NCBI GenBank assembly: GCA_964016885.1
Contig: OZ024742.1
Location: 260,524,001 to 260,588,000 of the forward strand
DNA: 64,000 nt
Direction: 5' to 3'
Source of the DNA: Eledone cirrhosa
Taxonomy: Eukaryota
Each line of letters opens with the position of its first letter. Within the stretch, counting starts at the first letter, position 1. Below are positions 52,192 through 64,000 of this stretch, piece by piece. A program made the position numbers and the translations under genes. The notes under the pieces were generated by a model. That model made no database searches and was not told where the DNA came from. It worked only from the letters and a program-made list of their open reading frames with translations.

Positions 52192-53157
52192 AATGTAAAT
52201 GACAATCAAAGAGTGTTTAAAACATTTAATCACTTACGAAGAGTGTTTAAAACATTTAATCACTTACGATTGTTTCATCCTAGCACAAGGGTGGAATCAT
52301 CAAAGGTCAAACACAAATATAATATGAGAACTTTGTCATAAGAACATTAAGAGGATACATAATATGGGAGGCTAGATAAGCATAAGTATCAATATTCATA
52401 TAAGATAAAAGAGGCGGAAAAAGCATATGAAGAATAGGAGCATATAAATGCAATAAAAATTAGGAGCAGATAAAATAGGAGCATATAAAAGCAATACAAA
52501 TATTAAAAACATGCTGTTACAGATAAAATAAGTACAGTGAAAAACATATATCATAAGTAGTTAAGAAAATTAATAAAGTTAATAAGAGAAGGCATGCAAT
52601 TCAAACATAAATTTTAAAATACATCTGTAGTAAGCAGTAGATTTCCCCTTGAATTCTTGGAAACTGACTGCTATTGTACTAACTGACCTTACTGAGAAAC
52701 TGGTCAATCGCGAGCCAGTTCAACATATCAATCAATGACTAATGAATTACGTCATAACTCTGATCTCTACAGTTCAACAGATAGTTCTCAAATGAGAACA
52801 CTTTAAATTCTGTTGTCCTCACCAATTCGACTTGGGTCCGACTATAACCCAACAAATATCTATGTTAATCTTGGTACGGAAAATATGACGTCTATAAACT
52901 CTCGACAACTTACCAAGGTAATCTAGTATTATATGCATACACTTTGTAATCTTTGCCACACAAATATGTATTTATTTGATGACATCTGCAAACACACTTG
53001 GAGAATACGTTCACACAGATAAATATTATGTTCAAAAATACTTCGACTAGATTTTGTTGTTCCAATCCAATTGACATTAAACGCAGCCTATCACCTTCTG
53101 ATACTACTTCTAAATTGGAGTAAATAAAATAGTAAAATGACCAAACCATTCATTTTC

Positions 53158-54170
53158 TATAGTGGTCAATCCACTATATTGGTGACCCACGACGTGATAC
53201 GAACACGCAATCCAATTACAACGCACTTCATACAACAAAAGTAAAAAAAAAAAAATTAAAATAAAGAAAAAAATTGAATAGACTTTCTGGAACAATGGAG
53301 AGAGAATTGTTTTTTTACTCATCAAGGAAGTATTGGGAAGTTGACAGAAATACCATTGGGAATGATGAACTAACACACATTCGTTTTGGCAAAATTATAT
53401 GTTACTTTTTTTTCCTTCCTTTTCCATTTCGTTTCCTCTGATATGATCATCTATAGTCGAACAATTCAATATTTCAGTGAAATATATTCCTTTATCAATT
53501 TTTTCCTGTTAACTAAAAGGAAAACGAAAGCTTTCCACGAAATTGGTTAATACTTGAAAAAAAATTTGTTTTCGCCGAAAATGAAACTTCTAATTCCAAC
53601 ATGGCGTTGTCTTCTTTTCCAACATTGACATTTTCGCGCCATCTTACGTTCATTGCACATGCACACTGAAATTGCGTGCAAAAACGGGAGACATATTGTA
53701 TTTGGCATGAAAATACAAATTTTTCCACTTCGAGATTCGGCAAGCAATATACATATTGCTACTCAGATTACAACTTATTTCCATCTTTTTGGTTCCATAC
53801 GAAATTTTCAACAATGAGTGGGAACTCCCTGCCTAATTTTTCAGGTTACGTGCGTGTGTGGTTTGTGCAAATGGAAGCACATTTCGCGGCCAATGGTTTG
53901 GTAGACCCTGCAAAACAATTGCACATATTGCTGAGTGCGATCCCGACTTCCTTGACTAACACAGTCAAGGATTTGATTACTGATCCGCCTCCTAACGCAA
54001 CCTATCTCAGCGTCAAAGCTGAAATTCTAAGAAGAACTTCACAGATGGCGGAAAAGAGATTTAGCATTCTGGTTAACGATGAACACCTAGGAGACAGATT
54101 GCCTCACAGCTTTTACGACGGATGGAGCTAGCAGAGAATGCCCCAGCGGAGAGCGAAATGTTAAAATTTT
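53158..54170 (+). mobile_element. Gypsy-type LTR retrotransposon remnant: tRNA-Trp primer-binding site and Gag N-terminal fragment
   Basis: TGGTGACCCACGACGTGAT at 53180 complements the tRNA-Trp 3' end; ORF from 53814 LPNFSGYVRVWFVQMEAHF...VKDLITDPP...Y..VKAEILRR...LGDR is Gypsy Gag-like; frameshifted. Confidence 0.75.
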
Positions 54171-54414
54171 AATTATCCTGTCTATAGTCTGCCTTTCATA
54201 GGTTATAGATTACATACACTGGTGGTTTTTTCCCTGTATTATTGATAACACACTATATATCTCTCTCTGGTGTGTTACCTTTTTAACATATTGTATCTCA
54301 AAGAGCTCAGGATCTCTTCTCCTTTGAGCACATTATTTACAGGGAATAGCGAGGGCCTGTGCCTCCGTTAATTTATCGTGATATTTATATATATATTTAT
54401 ATATATTTATATAT

Positions 54415-55181
54415 ATCATCATCATCATCATCAACGTTTAACGTCCGTGTTCCACGCTTGCATGGGTTTGGACGGGGGTAGTCCCACTTGAGGCAAGAGT
54501 GATTGTCTTGCTCGCATAGGACTGTCTGGCAGGTTTTCTACAGTTGGATGCCCTTCCTAACACCAACCACATTTACAGTGTGGGTCTGGGAGGTTTTTAC
54601 CGTGTTGCCTACACGGCCACATTACAGCGTGGACTGTGTGTTTTTTTGTCGTGACACCTACACGATCTCATTTGTTTCGGCCTGGATGGCGCGGCACCAA
54701 CATAACTTTACATAGAACGGGGTGGTGTGGATGGGGTGGTGGTGGTGGGACGGAGTGTATTTTGTTAGAGATGCCTACTGGCTGGAGTAGGTTTTACTAT
54801 ATATTTAGGTAAGGCGGGTCTTCTCTGTTACTGAGTACCGCCAAAGGTCTCGGTCCAGTGACATTGTCTTGGAGAGGTGTAAGTGTGTGATGTCGGAGTT
54901 TATCAGCTCGTCCCAGGTTTTTCTAGGTCTGCCTATTCTGTGACTACCGTCTATCTTTATTGCCCTGCACTTTGTTATACAGCTATCGACTTTCATGCGC
55001 ATCACGTGTCCATACCAACGTAGCCTTCTCTCGAGTAAACAACATCTGATCCCTCTTATCTCTAATTTTTTCCTTAGTTCGTTTATGCTTTGCCGTTCAC
55101 GTATATTACTGTTACACATCCAACGGAGCATGCAAGCTTCGTTCCTCTCTAGTCTGCGTATATCCTCTGCACACAATGCCC

Positions 55182-55185
<4 letters not shown>
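54415..55185 (-). mobile_element. PHD-RTE LINE, 5'-truncated young copy in (TA)n
   Basis: Near-identical to the other copies; TA tracts on both sides; (GAT)n tail. Confidence 0.93.
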
Positions 55186-55225
<40 letters not shown>

Positions 55226-55256
55226 TTATATATATATATTTATATATTTATATATA

Positions 55257-55292
<36 letters not shown>

Positions 55293-55712
55293 CCTTATTC
55301 AATATTCTCCAGTATGTAGAGAAAAATCTTGTCGTTCTATTTAGTTACGAAAAATCTTTTTTGGTAGCGATCATAGACGGCTAGTCTATGATTTCCCGCC
55401 TTCACTATACACCAACGTATTTATGGGTCACTTTCACTACCTTTCAGACCTGTATTAGTTGGAGTGAGGTTATATATTTTGTTGTTCCTGGGGTTTTAAC
55501 CCGAGGATAGGAAAATGCTTCTCTGATGATCTTCGCTTTTCCATTAATATCTACGTGATATCTAATGTTTTGCAAAGTGAAACTGTACAGTTAGGGCCAT
55601 TTGAATAGGTAAATATTTATATTATATTTTTTAATTTTGATTAATTTTAATTGTATATTAATTTTGATTTATTTTGAAAAATTGGTTGAATTTTACTTGT
55701 TCTGCTTATCTT

Positions 55713-56174
<462 letters not shown>

Positions 56175-56982
56175 TATGATGCCTGCATACGAACAGCAAT
56201 GTTGCATGGCAGTGAGACCTGGGCATTATGTGCAGAGGATATACGCAGACTAGAGAGAAACGAAGCTTGCATGCTCCGCTGGATGTGTAATAGTAATATA
56301 CGTGAACGACAAAGCATAAACGAACTAAGGAAAAAATTAGAAATAAGAGGGATCAGATGTTGTTTACTAGAGAGAAGGCTATGTTGGTATGGTCACGTGA
56401 TGCGCATGAAGGACAATAGCTGTATAACAAAGTGCAGGGCAATAAAGATAGACGGTAGCCACGGAATAGGCAGACCCAGAAAAACCTGGGACGAGCTGAT
56501 AAACTCCGACCTCACACACTTACACCTCACCAAGACAATGTCACTGGACCGAGACCTTTGGCGGTACTCAGTAATAGAGAAGACCCGCCTTACCTAAATA
56601 CAAAGTAAAACCTACTACAGTCAGTAGGCATCTCTAACAAAATACACCCCCGTCCCACCACCCCCACCCCATCCACACCGCCCCCTTCTATGTAAAGTTA
56701 TGTTGGTGCCACACCATCCAGGCCGAAACAAATGAGATCGTGTAGGTGTCACGACAAAAAAACACACAGTCCACGCTGTAATGTGGCCGTGTAGGCAACA
56801 CGGTAAAAACCTCCCAGACCCACACTGTAAATGTGGTTGGTGTTAGGAAGGGCATCCAACTGTAGAAAACCTGCCAGACAGTCCTATGCGAGCAAGACAA
56901 TCACTCTTGCCTCAAGTGGGAATACCCCCGTCCAAACCCATGCAAGCGTGGAACACGGACGTTAAACGTTGATGATGATGAT
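56175..56982 (+). mobile_element. PHD-RTE LINE, 5'-truncated young copy in (TA)n
   Basis: Starts at [10 protein letters not shown] directly after TA; ends in (GAT)n followed by TA. Confidence 0.93.
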
Positions 56983-56993
56983 ATATATATATT

Positions 56994-57024
<31 letters not shown>

Positions 57025-57034
57025 ATATATATAT

Positions 57035-58257
57035 AGACTAAAGTTCTAGTTTGTAGGAAAGAAAATAAGGCGGCGGTCCCTTCTGGGAAATGGTCGTGCT
57101 CGGTGTGTAGGAAAGGTGTAGGTAGAAACTCCATTTTATGTCCTAAATGCAAAGTATGGGTGCACAAAAGATGTAGTGGGATCACAGGTAAGCTAACTAA
57201 GAACATAGATTTTACATGTGGCCGGTGCTCTGGTGCAATAAGTAGCAGCAAGTGCCAACAAAATACTAGCTCTTTCAATTGCGCAGAGGGTTCTATAGAA
57301 ATAGTGGACAGCTTCCGTTACCTGGGCGATAAAATCAGCAGTGGGGGAGGGTGCTCTGAAAGTACAGTAGCTAGAGTCAGAACTGGTTGGAAAAAGTTCA
57401 GAGAGCTTATACCACTATTAGCTTCTAAAGGGTTCTCCCTAAAAATGAAAGGCAGGTTGTACGATGCCTGCATACGAACAGCAATGTTGCATGGCAGTGA
57501 GACCTGGGCATTGTGTGCAGAGGATATACGCAGACTAGAGAGGAACGAAGCTTGCATGCTCCGCTGGATGTGTAACAGTAATATACGTGAACGGCAAAGC
57601 ATAAACGAACTAAGGAAAAAATTAGAGATAAGAAGGATCAGATGTTGTTTACTCGAGAGAAGGCTACGTTGGTATGGACACGTGATGCGCATGAAAGTCG
57701 ATAGCTATATAACAAAGTGCAGGGCAATAAAGATAGACGGTAGCCACGGAATAGGCAGACCTAGAAAAACCTGGGACGAGCTGATAAACTCCGACCTCAC
57801 ACACTTACACCTCTCCAAGACAATGTCACTGGACCGAGACCTTTGGCGGTACTCCGTAACAGAGAAGACCCGCCTTACCTAAATACATAGTAAAACCTAC
57901 TACAGCCAGTAGGCATCTCTAACAAAATACACCCCGTCCCCCCACCCCATCCACACCAGCGTGTTCTATGTAAACTTATGTTGGTCCCGCGCCATCCAGG
58001 CCGAAACAAATGAGATCGTGTAGGTGTCACGACAAAAAAACACACAGTCCACGCTGTAATGTGGCCGTGTAGGCAACACGGTAAAAACCTCCCAGACCCA
58101 CACTGTAAATGTGGTTGGTGTTAGGAAGGGCATCCAACTGTAGAAAACCTGCCAGACAGTCCTATGCGAGCAAGACAATCACTCTTGCCTCAAGTGGGAC
58201 TACCCCCGACCAAACCCATGCAAGCGTGGAACACGGACGTTAAACGTTGATGATGAT
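57035..58257 (+). mobile_element. PHD-RTE LINE, 5'-truncated young copy in (TA)n
   Basis: Open frame through PHD finger and C-terminus (57103-57882); TA on both sides. Confidence 0.93.
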
Positions 58258-58266
58258 ATATATATA

Positions 58267-58310
<44 letters not shown>

Positions 58311-58315
<5 letters not shown>

Positions 58316-59021
58316 GAATAATCGAGTATCGAAAAATCGGCGCACGAGTTCACGATAAACAAAATTCGAGATGAGCGGCAGAGGGCTCCATAATTCAAAT
58401 ATATCAGAGCTATAACTATCGTTAAAATACCGTCACACGTAGAATATGTCTACAATCAACCAAATAACCGAAAATTTTAGATATGGAAGATTCGGGACAC
58501 TCAGATAAATTATCAATAAATCAATAAATGAAATGAATGTAAAAAGCATACCCGGACCCACTAGAGAGATGGTATATCTAGCTTCTTGGGTTTCTGTAAC
58601 TCCTTAAACCGTCCTCTATCAGCTCACACAAAAATATAAGACTTACAGACAACGGGGGACTGGAGCTACTTCTTCAACGAGCCTTAGTCCAAACGGATGA
58701 AAAGGCAAAACCCAGATTGAAAATACGCACATGGATTTCAGCAAGGGAGATAACCTTTATATCCGCAAAAAATATTCGTGAAAATGTGGAATAACACATA
58801 TCGAATAAGAGTGCTCAATAGACATGTTAAAATAAACAGGAGCTATTCATCATTTAATAGAATCGACAAAAAATGAACAATAAAATTAACTGGTCAATAG
58901 CTAGGTCTAGAGCTAAATATAGTAGAATAATCGAGTATCGAAAAATCGGCACACGAGTTCACGATAAACAAAATTCGAGATGAGCGGCAGAGGGCTCCAT
59001 AATTCAAATAAATCAGAGCTA
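58311..59021. mobile_element. Unclassified ~710-bp element with ~100-bp direct terminal repeats, in (TA)n
   Basis: 58311-58411 repeats at 58920-59021 with about two mismatches; TA tracts on both sides; no ORF in the track. Confidence 0.7.
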
Positions 59022-59043
59022 TATATATATTTATATATATATA

Positions 59044-59082
<39 letters not shown>

Positions 59083-59086
<4 letters not shown>

Positions 59087-61808
59087 TCATCATCATCAAT
59101 GTTTAACGTCCGTGTTCCAGGCTTGCATGGGTTTGGACGGGGGTAGTCCCACTTGAGGCAAGAGTGATTGTCTTGCTCGCATAGGACTGTCTGGCAGGTT
59201 TTCTACAGTTGGATGCCCTTCCTAACACCAACCACATTTACAGTGTGGGTCTGGGAGGTTTTTACTGTGTTGCCTACACGGCCACATTACAGCGTGGACT
59301 GTGTTTTTTTTTGTCGTGACACCTACACGATCTCATTTGTTTCGGCCTGGATGGCGCGGCACCAACATAACTTTACATAGAACGGGGTGGTGTGGATGGG
59401 GTGGGGGTGGTGGTGGTGGGACGGGGTGTATTTTGTTAGAGATGCCTACTGGCTGGAGTAGGTTTTACTATATATTTATTTAAGGCGGGTCTTCTCTGTT
59501 ACTGAGTACCGCCAAAGGTCTCGGTCCAGTGACATTGTCTTGGAGAGGTGTAAGTGTGTGAGGTCGGAGTTTATCAGCTCGTCCCAGGTTTTTCTAGGTC
59601 TGCCTATTCCGTGGCTACCGTCTATCTTTATTGCCCTGCACTTTGTTATACAGCTATCGACTTTCATGCGCATCACGTGTCCATACCAACGTAGCCTTCT
59701 CTTGAGTAAACAACATCTGATCCCTCTTATCTCTAATTTTTTCCTTAGTTCGTTTATGCTTTGCCGTTCACGTATATTACTGTTACACATCCAGCGGAGC
59801 ATGCAAGCTTCGTTCCTCTCTAGTCTGCGTATATCCTCTGCACACAAAGCCCAGGTCTCCCTGCCATGCAACATTGCTGTTCGTATGCAGGCATCGTACA
59901 ACCTGCCTTTCATTTTTAGGGAGAACCCTTTAGCAGCTAATAGTGGTATAAGCTCTCTGAACTTTTTCCAACCAGTTCTGACTCTAGCTACAGTACTTTC
60001 AGAGCACCCTCCCCCACTGCTGATTTTATCGCCCAGGTAACGGAAGCTGTCCACTATTTCTATAGAACCCTCTGCGCAATTGAAAGAGCTAGTATTTTGT
60101 GGGCACTTGCTGCTACTTATTGCACCAGAACATCGGCCACATGTAAAGTCTATGTTCTTAGTTAGCTTACCTGTGATCCCACTACATCTTTTATGCACCC
60201 ATACTTTGCATTTAGGACATAAGATGGAGTTTCTACCTACGCCTTTCCTACATACCGAGCACGACCATTTCCCAGAAGGGACCGCCGCCTTGTTTTCTTT
60301 CCTACAAACTAGAACTTTGGTCTTAGCCAGGTTAATTTTAAGTCCTTTTGACTCTAGGCCGTGCTTCCATGTTTGGAATTTCTTCTCTAGCTCGGCCATT
60401 GATTCCGCTATGAGTGTCAGGTCGTCTGCGTATAGGAGTTCCCATGGGCAGCCTGTCTTGAACTCCTCTGTTATAGCCTGAAGGGCAATAATAAATAGTA
60501 GGGGGCTGAGAACAGAGCCCTGATGGACGCCAACTTTTACGCTAAACTCTTCACTATATTCGTTGTTAATTCTAACCTTGCTGACTGTTTCTTTATACAT
60601 GGCTTGTATAGCCCTCACAAGCCATTCGTCAACGCCTAGTTTTCTAAGAGCCCACCAGATAATGGAGCGGGGGACTCTGTCGAAGGCTTTCTCCAGGTCG
60701 ACAAAAGCTAAGTAGAGGGGTTTACCTTTAGCTAGGTACTTCTCCTGTAGTTGTCGTACTATGAAAAGAGCGTCTGTGGTGCTTTTGCCTGACACAAACC
60801 CGAACTGCATTTCATCTAGATCAATTCTCTCTCTGATTAGTTGCGCTATTACTTTTTCCGTGACCTTCATGACCTGGTCGATTAATTTAATGCCTCTATA
60901 GTTACTCCTATCTAGGGCGTCTCCTTTACCCTTATAACAGTTAACGATGATGCTGCTATGCCAGTCCTTCGGAACAACCCCATTCTGTACGACTTGGTTA
61001 ACTATGCGGGTGACCATGGTGTGTCCCACCGTGCCAGATGCCTTCAGCATCTCAGCAACTATTTCCGAAGGCCCAGCCGCCTTACCAGTCTTCATATCCT
61101 TGATTGCCTTACTTATTATACTCCCCTCGACTAACACTGCTGGTCCCTCTATCGGGTCGATATGGGGGAGACTGTCTTTCTCCCATTTATTCTCCTCATT
61201 TAGTAGCCTTTCATAGTGACACTTCCAAGCTACCTTCTTATCAGTGTCGGTGATGGCAAGTATGCCATCATCGTTAAGTACACACTTCTCCCCGACAATA
61301 TCACGGTTTTCCTTGACGCATTGCCTGGCAATCCTGAACACCTCACGTTTTTGGTCATCGCGTTGTAGAACATGCTTGAACTTTCTTTCCTCCGCTTCCT
61401 TTCTTGCTAAGTACACTTCTCTCCTAGCTTCCCTCCTGGCCACTTGATAGTCTACTCTACTTCCCCCATCCCGCCATACTTTCCAAGCCTGCTTTTTGGC
61501 CTTAATTGACCCCTCCACCCTATTGTTCCACCACCATGTTACTCTCCTCCTGCCTACAGGCCTGCTCCAGCCACAGACCTCGTCTGTCGCCAACAGCAGG
61601 TTTGCTTTCAGAAATTTCCACTGTCCCTCTATATTGTCCGATTCTAGATGCTCTTCCTTACTGTCGAAAGCATCAAGTAATATGCTTTGAAATTTATTTC
61701 TGGCTGTGGGGTCCTTTAGTTTCCATATTTTCCTCCTGAGGATAGTCCTCTTCTGCTGTCGGGTACGTCTCGTCCTGACTATGAGGTCGCTAATTATCAG
61801 TCTATGTT
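59083..61808 (-). mobile_element. PHD-RTE LINE, longest copy (2.7 kb), 5'-truncated at the end of the APE domain, ORF intact
   Basis: Frame open from 61806 (HRLIISDL) to the stop at 59476; full RT (NYRGIKL, QFGF, DLEKAFD, QGSVLSP, YADD); PHD finger 60130-60261. Confidence 0.95.
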
Positions 61809-63115
<1,307 letters not shown>

Positions 63116-63535
63116 ATTTGGGTTTGTACCAGGGAGAGGCACCACTGATGCCCTCTTCCTTGTGAGGCAATTACAGGAAAAGTACCTAGCGTCACGCAGT
63201 AATACAGGGTACCCGACCTCCCATGGGTACATGCTGAAGCATATAAACAATATGCCCCCAATCCCCCCACCGCAAGGTGGTCGTGGAGGTGCCACGGCAA
63301 AAAAGCACCCAGCCCACACTGTAAAGTCGACGTGTAGGTGCCACGAAAAAGCACCCAGCACTCACTGTAAATGAGGTTGGTGTTAGGAAGGGCATCCAGC
63401 TGTAGAAATCAAGCCAGATCAGTTCCTGTATGAGCAAGGCATGGTCAGCCGACTAGACACTGCCCACAACAGGACAACCCGTCTAACCCATGCTAGCGTG
63501 GAAGAACGGACGTAAAACGTGATGATGATGATGAT
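63116..63535 (+). mobile_element. RTE subfamily 2 copy with large internal deletion, in (TA)n
   Basis: FGFVPGRGTTDALFLVRQLQEKYLA joined directly to the sequence matching 35829-36133. Confidence 0.85.
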
Positions 63536-63542
63536 ATATATA

Positions 63543-63595
<53 letters not shown>

Positions 63596-64000
63596 ATATT
63601 TATTTATATATATATTTATTTAAGAGGGTGTTAAATTTTAAATATTTTTCTCCCCATAACGGCATTCCTGTCTTAACGACATCACCACTTTCTCCGCTTG
63701 GCCTGTTTTTCCCCCCTTTTGGAACTTTTCCCCCGTTGATGGGCGTGAGCCCGAAATATTGGGATTAAAATCTCTACTACGGTAACCCTTCTGCCTTTGT
63801 TTTGTTTTCATCTTTGTCTCTCTCAACTTTTACTTTCACCTGTTTTTCCTATCTATATTTCACTTCCTACCTCGAGATTTCCCTTTGCATTGTTGTGGCT
63901 TTCTTAAATACGTATTTTTATATATTTATTTATATATATATTTATATATATATTTATATATATATATACATTTATATATATATATATATATTTATATATT

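Noticed and set aside
59540-61739. Plus-strand ORFs overlapping the LINE, and equivalent antisense ORFs in other copies
   Set aside because: Antisense shadows of the RT frame with no recognisable motifs.

Overview
This is AT-rich, repeat-dense animal genomic DNA. The SINE/LINE repertoire resembles a coleoid cephalopod such as octopus, which is an inference only. The window lies inside one large + strand gene, an invertebrate-type contactin. I traced 20 consecutive GT-AG exons (7493-50716) that are phase-compatible and join into an open 3219-nt (1073-codon) frame: partial C-type lectin domain, six Ig domains, three complete FN3 domains and the start of a fourth. The signal-peptide and GPI-anchor ends were not found in the window. 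The introns hold many mobile elements: a young RTE-type LINE family with a C4HC3 PHD-type finger inserted inside its reverse transcriptase and clustered in (TA)n tracts, a CR1 LINE, Tx1-like, CRE-like and Gypsy remnants, a DD37D Tc1/mariner, hAT and mariner MITEs, foldback elements, two tRNA-SINE families, and Penelope-like remnants with minimal hammerhead-ribozyme motifs. A ~7.6-kb array of 47-bp repeats fills one intron. Its sense strand repeats a branch-point/STAR-protein motif (CACUAAC) and is almost free of AG. Most short ORFs in the supplied track are artefacts of repeats.
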